Shown here one piece after another: positions 51,001-62,854 of a DNA stretch of 64,000 nucleotides; the first letter of the stretch is position 1; every line of letters begins with the position of its first letter. Origin of the DNA: Mytilus californianus. Taxonomy: Eukaryota. The translations under genes and the position numbers were made by a program. Below the pieces are notes generated by a model. That model made no database searches and had not been told where the DNA came from. It worked only from the letters and a program-made list of their open reading frames with translations. The stretch spans positions 77,190,001 to 77,254,000 of the forward strand of contig NW_026262690.1 in NCBI RefSeq assembly GCF_021869535.1, given 5' to 3'.

Positions 51001-54000
51001 AGATATTGATTTGATATTTGGTGTATTGTTTTATCATGACAAGTTACAGATCAAGTTAAAATTTTGTTCCAGTCTGATGGTTTTGTGCAGAGTTATGGTC
51101 CTTAGACTTAGAAAGTTCACTTAAATAATCAATTTTTTAAACACTTTTTTTCATCATGCTTGAAGTTATTTATTTGATAATTGGTATATAGTTTTATCAT
51201 GACCAGTTACAGATCAAGTTCGAATTTTGTTCCGGTCTGATGATTTTGTGCAAAGTTATGGTCCTTGGACTTGGAAAATTCACTTAAATAATCAATTTTT
51301 CAACACTTTTTTTCGTCATGCTTGAAAATATTGACTTGATATTTGTTAAATAGTTTACACCATGACAAGTTATAGATCAATTGGCATTTTGTTCCAATAC
51401 AATGAATTTTTAACCGGTAGTGGGCTATGTATTGCCATGCAATACTCTCAAGAATTCTTGTTGTTCTCATATTTATGCCAAAGCAAAGTTTTCAGGCATG
51501 TAGGAATTACCAGTACCATGTGTCGTACAGGAAAGAAGAGTTCATTGTCTGTTTTGTGTCAAAATTTGTGATGTGATGTATATAATTCTTTGGATACACA
51601 GATAAATTCAACCAGAAAGAAACCTTTTGTGAGGGTAATTGTTCACTGAATAACTATGTTTACTGTATTTTTTCTGGGACAACAATTTTTTGTATTCAGT
51701 TATTGTGTTTTCTTTTTCAGTCATCTGTACCACCATTGGCGTGTGAATTTTCTAAAGGTAAGACCCAATCAGCTATATGGGTGTCTATCTGTATTGAGAT
51801 AATAAATGAGAGTTTGCTCACTAGATAAACACAAACAGTCAAACCTGTATTAAGCAGTCACTCTTGGGAAGTATCAAAAGTGACCGCTCAACAGAGGTGA
51901 CCTTTTAAAAGAGGTTCCGAATAATTTCGGTTCTGACATCTCACATAGTCGGGATTGGAGTAAATTGTTTAAGTGTTTTCAATTAGCCCAGTTATTGTCC
52001 TTGCGAGCCGTGAATGAAAAATATGCAGATTCCTGTGCTGTAAATATGAAGAAAACATCAAATTATGTTATTCATGGAGAAATAAGTCAGTACGGTTTTC
52101 AATGGAAACTGAAAGGAGTGGAACATGAGGAATTCACGTATTCACCTCCAGTATTGTGCTATCTTGGTTGCAAATGAGTTCTGGCTTTCATTTCTCTTTT
52201 GATACTGAACACATATGTTTTTTGTCATGATTATTTTGGTAGCTAAACACATTAGAATGGCCGTTAAAAGTTGAAATGATGATTTCATGTGAAAATTAGG
52301 TGACTGCGACTGCGTTAGACAGGTGCCTGCTGAAAAGTATTAAATTTTCTAGAGAAAACATTTGGGAGGGTCTGAAAGTGCCTGTTAGAGGCAGATGACC
52401 CTTAAGGCAGGTTTGACTGTATCTTACATGAGAATATTATTCATACAATTTCTGTGATTTTTTTATTGAACAAAAAGAACAATGAATTTTTTTACATCAG
52501 TATTTTATTGTGAAATGTAAACATCTCCAAATCCTTTTATGAAGTAAATTGTTAAACAGCATGACTTTTGTATGGGTTAACTTTGGAGGTGACCTTTAGT
52601 ATATATGTTCATTTGTAAGTTATTGTGAAAAAAAGGAAGTATGTTATTAATTTTGTACACATTTAATAATATGTTTTGTGTATCATGTGTATAGGACATT
52701 ATTGAATTATTCAGCCTTTTACATCTTACAGAAAAGTCTTCTTCGCACATCCTTGGTCTAGTTGATGAGAATGGTTATGTGGTCATCTATAATACAAACA
52801 AATATGGACAGGAAGCTATTGTAAAAGGTTGGTTTCTAGATACATGTACAAGACAATGCAAGTATAAAAAATCTTACCTTATGAAGTATGCATTTGCATA
52901 GATTTATTTACAATTTTCCTCATCATCAGTATCAGTCAAAAGATCTGTTTATATTTGAATTGCTTTATAGAACAAATTTATTTCAACTACAAATACAATT
53001 ACAAAAGAAATGTCGTCAGTAACTTGTTTGAAATTTGCTGCTATGAAATGTTGAAAATCATTTCAGCATCAGGAATATATCTCCCTCATTCAAAGCTCTG
53101 ATTCCTTGTTCAGATCTGGCTATACTTTAGATCCTCTTTGGTTTGTTCAGCTCTTCAAAGTTTGTATAAGTATTGGTTTTCCAAATATTTTGTTGAAATG
53201 CACATCTGGTGCAGTAAAAATTGGTTCCTTGAATGTTATTACCCTGTTATAGATATTTGGTTCGTAGTAGGACAAAACAATTTCAATAATTTCAAGAACA
53301 TTGAACAACAATTCAAAAGTAATGATGAGTGATTCCATTGCAATGTTCTGATGTCAAAATGTTATAAAACAAATGAACACTTCAGATTGGAGAGCTCATA
53401 GTAATGCTATATTTGACTTGGCATGGATGGGTGGAGACAACAAACTTTTATCAGCAGCAGGGGACCAGACTGTTGTATTATGGGATGTTCCCACTGCTAA
53501 GAAAGTCAACAGTTTCCAAGGTCATACAAGCAGTGTTAGATCTGTTAATTTCAAGACTAATGATCCAGGTTAGTAATACATTTATAATGGCAAAAATAAA
53601 GAAACATATTTGGGCAACCAATTGACACCATTTTTAGCTCACCTGGCCCAAAGGGCCAAGTGAGCTTTTCTCATCACTTGGCGTCCGTCGTCCGTCATCG
53701 TTAGCTTTTTACAAAAATCTTCTCCTCTGAAACCGCTGGGCCAAATTTAACCAAACTTGGCCACAATCATCATTAGGGTATCTTGTTTAAAAAATGTGTC
53801 TGATGACCCCGCCAACCAACCAAGATGGCCGCCATGGCTAAAAATAGAACATAGGGGTAAAATGTAGATTTTGGCTTATATCTCTGAAACCAAAGCATTT
53901 AGAGTAAATCTGACCGGGGTAAAACTGATTATCAGGTCAAGATCTATCTGCCCTGAAATTTTCAGACAAATCTGACAACCTGTTGTTGGGTTGCTGCCCC

Positions 54001-57000
54001 TGAATTGGTAAATTTAAAGAAATTTTGCAGTTTTTGGTTATTATCTTGAATATTATTATAGATAGAGATAAACTGTAAACAGCAATAATGTTCAGCAAAG
54101 TAAGATCTACAAATAAGTTGTCATGACCAAAATTGTCAGTCGACCCCTTTAGGAGTTATTGCCCTTAATAGTCAATTTTTAACAATTTTTTGTAAATTTT
54201 TGTAATCTTTTACAAAAATCTTCTTCTCTGAAACTACTGAGACAAATTTAACCATACTTGGCCATAATCATTATTAGGGTAACTAGTTTAAAAAATTTGT
54301 CCGATGACCCGTCTTCCAACCATCATGGCCGACATGGTTAAAAATAGAAGATAGGGGTAAAATGCAGTTTTTGGTTTATATCTCTGAAACTAAAGCATTT
54401 AGAGCAAATCTGACAGGTTGCAAAAATGTTCATCAGATTTAGATTTATCTGACCTGAAATTTTCAGACGAATCGGACAACCCGTTGTTGGGTTGCTGCCC
54501 CTGAGTTAGTAAATTTACAAAAATTTTGCAGTTTTTTGTTATTATCTTAGATATCATTATAATATCTAATATCTTATACTATTAATTATGATTTTAACCT
54601 TATTTTACATGATTTCCAAAGCATCAGTAAATACAGGTGAGCGACACGGGCTCTTGAGAGCCTCTAGTTTAGGAATACTGGTACATTGATTCTAGAAGAT
54701 GTCTTCATCATTTATGAAATTAGGACTTTTCTAGATGAGGAATGGCAATATTAGTGCTATCTGTTCATATTGGTTATCTCCAAGTAGAGACAGTTTTATT
54801 GCCATATTGACACCAATCTAAATTGGATTGTTTTATTATTGAATCACATCATAAATGAAATGTGTTCTTGCACAAAAAGTAATGATTCATTTCTTGATAT
54901 CAGAATGTCCATTTATTTTGACCTTTGAAATATCAGTTTATAAGGTGTGATCCTTTTCAGAACATGATCCAAATATTCAATAAGGGTTATTCTCATCTAT
55001 TCGTTTATCTAACAAGTGTAATTTTATGTTGTTGATTTTATATTACAGCTGTGTTTGCTACAGGATCTAGAGATGGACATGTGATGATATGGGATATTAG
55101 ATGTAACAAGAAAGGTAACTTGTTATTTGTATAAAATATTGGCAGATTATAGGTCCTTTAATTGTTAAAATAGGTGAGATCCTAGGTTCCTTTAATCTAG
55201 TAAAAAAAATGATGACAAGTAGGCTGGAACCTCCCCTGAAAAAAGCAAGTTTATTCTCATTTTAGTCTCGTAAAAAAAACAACACAAAACATCTATATAC
55301 AGTTCATGTCATTTAGCTAGTTTAATTTCTATTTATGTAGCATAAAGAAATATTATGATAACCATTTCTGCATGTGATCAGTATTTCACTTTCATCATCA
55401 TGTAATGTAAAATTACAGGAATCTAATTAGTTAGACCTGATAATTTGAAGTTATTATTCCAATTTTAATGGTTTGTTGAAAAAGTATTGGCCAGTGGCTT
55501 TTAAATACATGATTTATTCAAATTTTATGTTTTTATTAAACACAACTCCATGAAAATGTGTACCCTACAAATAAAAGAACTTTGACAGTATTGTAAAGAT
55601 GATGAGCTATAGTTTTCAGCATGAAATAACTGATTTAATTTGAACATTCTTGGTAAAATCATCTTAAGGACAAACTTGTACCTTATGAACACTTTAACTA
55701 ACCTACATGACTAGTGTTACAATAAAAAGAACAGGGAGGAATGATATATATATATATACTATTGAATTAAGAGTGAAGACATTTGAACAGTGCAATGCCT
55801 TTAGTTTGCACTGTACAAACTGAATTCTTGAATCAGGGTATGCCATGCATATTCTTCAGTAAATTTATATAAACTGTCTTGCATGTATCTTTGATAACAA
55901 AATCCTATGGCTTGAAGATGCTCAGTTTTGACAGTTTTCATTGTAAAATATTTAATACATATAAACAACAAAATCTTTTTTGCACTATTCACACTATTTG
56001 TAATAACAGTATATTATATTTCAGGATTATATACCTCCCCTGTACAAGTCATCAAAAATGCACATTCCATTCCACATATACTGAAAGCCAAGAAGAAATC
56101 AAAACTTGGTCCATCAAGAGTATGTATAAATATTTGTGTACTGGTGTATGTTCAGCCTCCTATCTGATTAAGAAAACTTAACACAAAAAGTACATAGACT
56201 TTTCATGTTAATATTCATTTTGTTATTGTCTCACTTGTGAAGAAAGTTGCAGAATGCAAGAAATATGGATATGACAGCTTTAATTATTTGTTGTGGACAA
56301 AAAAAAACCTGGATACTTCATATCTTGTATACAGATGCTTGTGAAGTTTCAGTATGGCATATATATAAGTTGTTGTTGACTTCATTTTCATGGTTCAGTG
56401 ACTGCATATAACACTTAAGTTTTTTTGTCATGATGATATTTCTTTCAGAGGTAGAAAAACACATTTTAGTAAATATTATTATATTTAAAATATCACTTTT
56501 TATTTCTTTATTTCAAAGATACTTATTTGAAATTTATAAATCTTGTGCAGTAATCATAATCTGTTATAGAAATGGTGTTAAATAGTAAAATATTTTATTG
56601 TAGGATAGCCAACAAAGTGTGACTATAGTAGTGTACCAAACAGACATGACCTTACTATCTGCAGGAGCTGTTGATGGGTTAGTATAAAATACAATTTATT
56701 AACTGATAAGGATGAATACAAACTTCTGTATTTTGGTTCAAATGTAGAGTAAACATGGTAAAGGGTGAAAACTTGAAACAGAATTGATGACAAACATAAA
56801 AGAAGTTAAATTAGAATAGTCCAGTCTTTGGGATGCACCTGTATATTTATAACAAGGAAGTCCCCATGTTTGGATTGTTCCCGACTTTTATCTGCTGACA
56901 CAAGTGTCTTTTATATCAGTGTAAGATCAGCAGACAGTGCTTATTTAGATATTTTGGTGTTTTTCAGTAGCCTGGATAAATAATATATTTTATAACTCTT

Positions 57001-60000
57001 TGCAGATGTGTTAAAATGTGGGATTTAAGAAAAAATTACAGTTCCAGTATACCTGATCCAATGGCTAAGCACACATTTAATTACAGTGGAGTAAATAAAC
57101 GATCGCATGGTAGGTTTGTCATTTAAGTATGATTGGTGTAGGTCAAATTGCTGAATATAGAAATGCTTTGAATTTTATTTTTTTCTGAATGAAAACTGCT
57201 ATTAGTTCAAGTCAAATATAGGTATGAAATTAATGATTAACATAATTGTATTTGTTGTACACCCTATATCATTTACCATTTTAGGCACCTTCCTTTGAGG
57301 TACATTCAGTGGTACCTATTTTTTATAAGCTGTTAAATATTTAATTTTGTCTACCATAGGATACTCCAGTCTGGTATTAGATTCCAGTTGTACCCAGTTA
57401 TTTGCAAGCTGTACAGATGATATCATATACCAGTATAATCTACTCTCTCTAGATCCTAAACCAGGTATAAACTTATTTCTAGATTGAGTCAATAGACATG
57501 ATAGAATATATTAAAATCTTGAAAAGATCAAAACAATGTTAACTGTCTCAGCTCCCCTTAAATGATATTGGAACAGTTTTAAAAAATAAGACCTGTCTAT
57601 AAAGTTATTGCTGTAAATTCAAATGTTTAGCTGAGCTTGAGACAAATGAATTTCGTTTAAACATCAACATTTCGATTTCTAGACAGAATCTTCATCTTAA
57701 CCAACCTTGGCTCCATGATGCAATTGAAAGAGGAATAACCCTATTGAGTATGGGGTCAAAGGTCAAGGTCACAGCAGTTATTCACTGATTGTTATCTTTT
57801 AACAATGTGTCTTAACTTTTACTGATCCTGGTTTATTAATGCCTCATGGGATGAGCCATAAATGACATCTTTCCCTATCTTTGATTGATAACGCAATGTG
57901 AAATAGAACCATATTGATTTTTAGGTCAAATATGGTAACTCTACTTATACACTGGCATTTGTGTTCTACTTGTAGTTTGACTAATCAGTATAATATAACT
58001 TCTTGTAGAATTGAATTTATATTTGATTTATTTTTTTCAGTGGCACACTTTAAAGGACACCAGAACAAGTCATTTTATGTAAAAGCAGCAATAAGTCCAG
58101 ATGACCAGTACTTACTTAGTGGATCCAGTAATGAAATGGCCTATATTTGGAAGGTACTAACAGAAAATAGATAGTCAAACAGCTATTGTTAGCTTTTTCA
58201 TTCATCCGTCATCAGCAGAACCTACCCAAATGATTCATTGATTTTTTTCTCATTATTTACACATAACAAATATTTTATCATTGAACGTTAAGCCAAAAAC
58301 AGTCAATCCTTGGTTGTAGCAAGTGTTCTTTATAGTTCAAATTAAGATTAATCTGTTGCTGTATTATAATATTAAACATGAGATGACAAACCAATCGATT
58401 TAAGTTGTACATTGATATGATTTCAGATTACTAAACCTAATGAAAGTCCTGTCGTTCTTAAAGGTCACAATGCTGAAGTGACTGACGTTTCATGGAATTG
58501 CAATGATTTCACTAAGGTAAGTCTTTGGTAAAATTAACAAAACGGCAGAAGTACAAGTGATTCATTGTGTTTAAAAAAGGTTTAGAAGTGCCAAGGAGGG
58601 CAATCAAAAACCAAAAGTTGAAGAAAACATCATGGCCAAAAGAAAAAGGCTGCTAAAAACAGGTGAACTCCAGTGCTCGGAATGGTAAGAAGTTTCTGCT
58701 CTTCTAGTTGCACCAATGTATACATGCATACTTGGAAACAAATAGCAAAAGTAGTAAAAAGATTTTGTTTTACTCTAGAATTGTTCACAGATAGATTTTT
58801 TAGCCATAATTCAAACTTAGAGACTGAAAAGCATTACTACTTCAACAATGATTTCCTACTAGCATAAGCATACATGTGGTGCAAAGGCTTGACTTGAAAT
58901 TTGTAACAAATAATCAAGTTTATCAAGTGTGTATTTTAAAGTATGCTGATTGAAGTAATAAGGATGTATTTATGTGGAATGCTTTTCCACTGCATTCAAA
59001 AACAATTTGAAGAGAAAAAAATGTAAGGATGGATTAGTTAGAAGACTAATCAGTTTTGCAAATTTATTTAAAAATCGAAGAATATGCTTTATGTAGATTT
59101 TTTTGTACCTTCACCACCTATACATAAATGTTCAGTGCATAAAGCTTGCTCCAATTTTTCAGCCTCATTTTATTTTTCTAAAGTCAACATTCAGTAAACA
59201 ATGATCTTGCTGTTACAGCTTGCAACTTTATCCGACGACAATACAATGAGGATATGGAGACTGAACAGACGATTGGAACCAAGGTTACCAAGAGAAGTTA
59301 CTGGATATTCTGAAAGAACTCACAGAGAAATAGGTAATCTTAATCTGGTAGAAAATCTTAACAACAAATCTGATAAAATGATTTCATTGATAAAGGTAAT
59401 TGTGCTTTCAGAAAGGATTTTAGGGAGAAATTTTGTGACACTTTTTTTAACAATGTTACATCTGTAAAGTCTTGACTGTTAATTATTGATTTTATGCAAT
59501 TGTGTAATTTCTTCGGATATCTTATATAAGGATTATGTTTATGCCATCACTGTTTTGTATTCCTGTACAGTTATAAGTCCATTGTTGACAATAAATTTAC
59601 TTTACATTATTCTTGTTTCTGGAAAGCTTCAAAACTTAGAATATAAAGGAACTTCTGTTCTGAATTTATCAAATGGAATCAGGGGAAATGAATTTATTTG
59701 TGCATAAAACTGGTTATGAAATAATCAAAGGGAACAGAAGGTGTAACTGAGAAATTTCTGATTAACTTACTTCTTTTTTTGTCTCTTTTAGGTATATCTG
59801 CAAGTCAACAAGTGGAAGTAACACCAAATAAAATACCATGTACCCCTAAGACTGTATCTCCATCAATACTTCATTTCCTGAGCAAGAGTGCGCAAAAAGC
59901 AACCTGTGATAAGACTACCAAGCTAGATAACAAATCTGATGTAAAGGAAGGTAGTAAAAGCATAGATAATTCATGTGATCGCAATATTTCACAAAGTACA

Positions 60001-61544
60001 TCGAAGTCTGTGTTGGTAACGTGTAATGACGAATCTAAGACACGAGTCAGCTGCAAAAGAAAATTGGTTTGTGATGATGAAGAGGATGACAATCCAAGGA
60101 AAAGACCAAATATTGGAGATCAAGACTTTATTTTGTCTAGTCCCAATAAACCCTCAACGTCTGCTAATGTAATGAGAAGTCCGTGGAAATGTGATGATAA
60201 TCCACAAAAATGGTTACAAACAAGTAAAATGGCATCTCCTATTGGAAGCCCTAGAAAGAGATGTTCTGTTTTACTGGAAAAATCAACAACTGACAATTCT
60301 CCATCAAAATTATCGCTTGCTGCTACGCCTCAGTCAGTACCTTCACATGTTAAAACAAAACTATTTAACTCTTCACCAACAGTCAATCTTCCAAATCTGG
60401 TTGAAGAGGGAACAGTCAGGGATATTAATGTCAATTTCAAAAAGTGTGATAAAGAAAACAGTCCGAAAAAAATAGACTGGTTAACAAAAAAACGTTTAGA
60501 GAAGGAATCAGAATCTGCAAACAATAGAAAAGAGTTAGGTTCTCCCAGATTGCGTAAAACTAAAAGTATTGCTCAGGACATAAGTGCTTTCAAAAATTCA
60601 AATTCCCCTAAAATAAACAAGAAAAGTAAATTAAAGGAAGACATGACATTGAGAGGGGAAATAAGTTCACCTTGTCGGGTTAGAGGAAATAATTCTCAGG
60701 AAGAAGACGATTACACCACTGAAAAGTTGAGAGAGGTATAGTGTTAAGTTTATATTTAAAATTCCTACATAGGCATGAACACTAAAATTGTGATATTTAT
60801 TGATCGGTGCCAATTAATCCACTTTAAGAAATGGCTTGCTTAAAGTACAAATTTGAAAAGTCAACGAAAAGTTTGTTTTTCAATTGATTTGGTAGGAGTT
60901 AGTTCAACAAATTCAAAATTTTAGATACTCAACTCTTTTAAACAAACCATGAAGACTAACCATTTAGTAAAACAACCACTTACCAGACTTAGAAATGTTC
61001 AAATCTTACAGAGCTTCTCCAAAATAATTAACAACCACCTCAGTGATCTTGTGCTAGAGTGATTGCTTTATCATTGAGTGTGATCAGTCTGGTCAATTAA
61101 ATACTTTAAAATTGATTTTTGCTGCTTCTCTACCAAGCAACTGGTAAAAAGGAGTAAAACAACAGGTAAAAGCAGACTATTTGACTCCCAAATCAGTCTT
61201 CCTGTAAACTTTTACCTTGTTTTACTGTAAGAATGTCTGTTAAAAGAGACTTGAATTTCAACTGATACTTGTATTTTGTGAATATACTATCATACTAAAA
61301 AGAAAACTAAGATTTTTGGCAGTACTATAATTAACATTGCAAGCAGCATTAAAACTGTTGCCCTATAAAGAACTTTGCTTGATACTTCACAGAACTGCAT
61401 TAAGTGCTGCTTGAGTTAGTTCACAGGATCAGTGTTACTTACAAAAAGAAAATTAAACAAAATGAATAATGATTATTTAATGCTTTATTTCAGACTCCAC
61501 CCAAAGGAATGAAGTCACTGAAGCACTACTTCTCTGTCAAGTAA
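39013..61544 (+). CDS. DTL: Denticleless / CDT2 (CRL4 WD40 substrate receptor), ~735 aa, 15 coding exons
   Basis: Exons 39013-39058, 49593-49681, 51721-51757, 52732-52827, 53386-53568, 55049-55114, 56025-56119, 56604-56677, 57006-57109, 57360-57464, 58041-58153, 58427-58516, 59219-59333, 59792-60735, 61494-61544 (2208 nt, phases consistent). Motifs VPPLACEF, AHSNAIFDLAW, GHTSSVRSV, TGSRDG.VMIWDIR, FYVKAAISPD, S/TP-rich tail and terminal MKSLKHYF. Exon 1 is the least certain (short; supported by MLL..R.LG similarity, a GTAAGT donor and phase-1 match). Confidence 0.9.
39895..39905 (+). promoter_or_regulatory. YY1-like AACATGGCGGC motif in a locally GC-rich patch (possible internal TSS)
   Basis: Matches the ATGGCGGC core often found at housekeeping TSSs. 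Donor-like GTAAAT (39919) and GTATTC (39942) follow; E-box TCACGTGAC at 39424-39432. Confidence 0.35.
40898..41293. mobile_element. 396-bp MITE with ~125-bp TIRs
   Basis: CAGTTCTGGAAATCT..GGTAACGTTAACGAATTGGGTAACC..AACTTCAGTGTTTATTTGGTTTTGGCATTT is mirrored at the right end. Flanks AACA/AATA. Confidence 0.75.
43661..44500 (+). mobile_element. AAATTGAGAATGG-family repeat plus retroelement C-terminal remnant
   Basis: 43661-44284 is shared with the 47386-48009 and 5353-6013 copies. The tail encodes minus-strand ..KLTKPLNRFIKKGYSYDTVVRSLKIAYFGVNIDSLIGSL.., which I interpret as a retroelement ORF end (family not established). Confidence 0.75.
44691..45782 (+). CDS. STN1: CST complex subunit STN1 (OBFC1), 363 aa, intronless CDS
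   Basis: N-terminal OB fold WGLD..F..Y.KMFVSDIL.M..PG.Y.YKNHPVYKVDVVG..VDDGTGVVSCSCWK..G.VIHVRGKISIFREKRQI..DP..EV, then a winged-helix-sized C-terminus (KGCHYMHV..LE.QSDI). Acceptor TTTCAG at 44651-44656, in-frame TAA upstream at 44670-44672, AATAAA at 45888-45893. Confidence 0.93.
   Translation: MASIIDTPGSKDSSTLQFYSEENWGLDFYFQTYNKMFVSDILSMSEYPMFPGAYMYKNHPVYKVDVVGVIVKVDQNSKCFMYEVDDGTGVVSCSCWKFSYSDKHYENVRNDMCKLPVELQRKFKSLDKTEEFSGYTLGCVIHVRGKISIFREKRQIVAANHQLVSDPMLEVFRMMELPKLYQMKYDKPFELPWKVAKKLMSKADENDLNTNDMKEVKTTLYGHLQSSDIVEVTAHVALKLESLEAIRNRLNSEMLHKCIEEVLISLEDDGFLCRRIENDKVFEVLRKDCDLEKTILHILKEECSKEKYIDKGCHYMHVIDILHRTYQYSHVKKQCVMYCLDKLELQSDIIRSTKCHYLPINYS
46500..46830 (+). repeat. Penelope-like terminal repeat remnant with degenerate hammerhead motif (46699-46740)
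   Basis: CGTGA-CTGGTTA-GTCTTGTGTGGGT-GAGA-CGCACGT-C-TGGCG has type I hammerhead topology, but both core motifs are mutated. Confidence 0.5.
47386..48009 (-). mobile_element. AAATTGAGAATGG-family repeat, inverted relative to 43661-44284
   Basis: 624-bp reverse complement of 43661-44284 with only scattered differences (about 97-98% by eye). Confidence 0.85.
49825..50826. mobile_element. HINE-type element (TTTTAGCTCACCTGGCCCAAAGGGCC family), diverged copy
   Basis: Head hairpin GGCCC AAA GGGCC, GTCC microsatellite, tail GGTGAGCGACAC..GCCTCTAGTT; homologous to 53633-54670. Confidence 0.7.
50835..51470. mobile_element. HINE-type element with ~180-bp core repeats
   Basis: TTTTTAGTCCCCT..AGGGGAC head, (TCTG)n, and three TTATCATGAC.AGTTACAGATCAAGTT units. 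Confidence 0.6.
51836..52419. mobile_element. pogo/Tigger-type MITE
   Basis: TIR CAGTCAAACCTG / CAGGTTTGACTG; TA at the right flank (52420-52421), AA at the left. Confidence 0.6.
53633..54670. mobile_element. HINE-type element (TTTTAGCTCACCTGGCCCAAAGGGCC family)
   Basis: Head hairpin, (GTCC)n, two ~500-bp core units, tail CAGGTGAGCGACAC..GAGCCTCTAGTT. Confidence 0.75.
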
Positions 61545-62087
61545 TCAATGTTGGATTTGGACCATTGGGTCTTATGGTGCTTTCATTTAGGAAATTAATG
61601 GTATTTTACAGCCAGCTGTTTCCTTGATATATCAGAAAATGGAATGGAGTCATTTTTGAAAATTTACTTTATACAAATCATGAAATATCCTCTCAAAATG
61701 TATTGTGCTTAAAATATTTAATTTAATCACCATTTTAAAAAGAATAAACTTATCTTTGATTTTAGAGTATACATTATATGTTTCGACAAAAATAAAAACG
61801 TAAGAATGTACATTTTAACCATGGTTGCCACCAGGTGTCTTTCAATTTTAAGGTATCTTACTAGAAAGTTTGGTTCCAACTCTTTTTGTGTGGCTTGAAT
61901 GTTTACAGCTGGGAGGATTACAGGGATCAATCTGACTTAAATCAATACCATTGAGCAATAAAATAGAAAAACAACAATTACTGAACAAGAAATTTTTGCA
62001 TTACGGCTGGAACATTAAGGATGTGGCAGGATGAAAAATAAGTTGTCATTTCTGCATCCTTCCTTACCTTAGGACAGTTGTTAATAG

Positions 62088-62139
<52 letters not shown>

Positions 62140-62854
62140 TGTCCGTCCGACAGTCCGTCAGTCCTATTTCTTGTCATCGCAACTCCTCTCAAACCACACT
62201 ACAGAATTTCAAGTAACCTTTTTAGATTATTAGGACATACTATGTAGTTATGCATATCAACAGGAAATTACGATTCAATTTTTAAAGGCAGTGCTTTAAT
62301 GCCTTTCTGGTTGCCGGGTTAATCCTTCCTTCCGCGATATCCAACTTATCTACATGGGGGGTCATTAGGCTCCAAGTAGATCCGGAAATGTTGAATTCTC
62401 TCCTCTTCTTATTGTGATATAAAATGTTTTTTGTTTCATTTCATGTACATTGGGAAATAGAGAAACGATCATTGTGTTTTGTTAGTTTTAAAAACTTTTG
62501 AATTATTTGTATTTTGCATTATAAGCAGTCAACCGATTGACAAACTAGCATTATTTGAATTCCGTGTGGAAAGAGGTCGGGTTAATTTCGAGTGTTATCA
62601 GCAATCTAGATGTTTATAAATCATTTCAGTCGTTGATATAATAATTAAAGGTCGACTGAACATGAATTATATTATACAATTTAAAGCGCATTTCTGTTTA
62701 TGCACTTGAACCCGTCTAACGTTATTGTTTTTTCGCAGTTATGTAAAGTAGCAAATTATCGTTCCTGAATAGGTGGCGCCATGGTAACCCATCCTGTTCC
62801 TCAACTTCCTGTTTCTGCACTGTGCAACTAGAACAGTTACATTTTTAATTAACG

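Noticed and set aside
59779-60741. 320-aa ORF as a separate gene
   Set aside because: It is DTL exon 14 (acceptor at 59790-59791, donor at 60736); the track's start codon is intronic.
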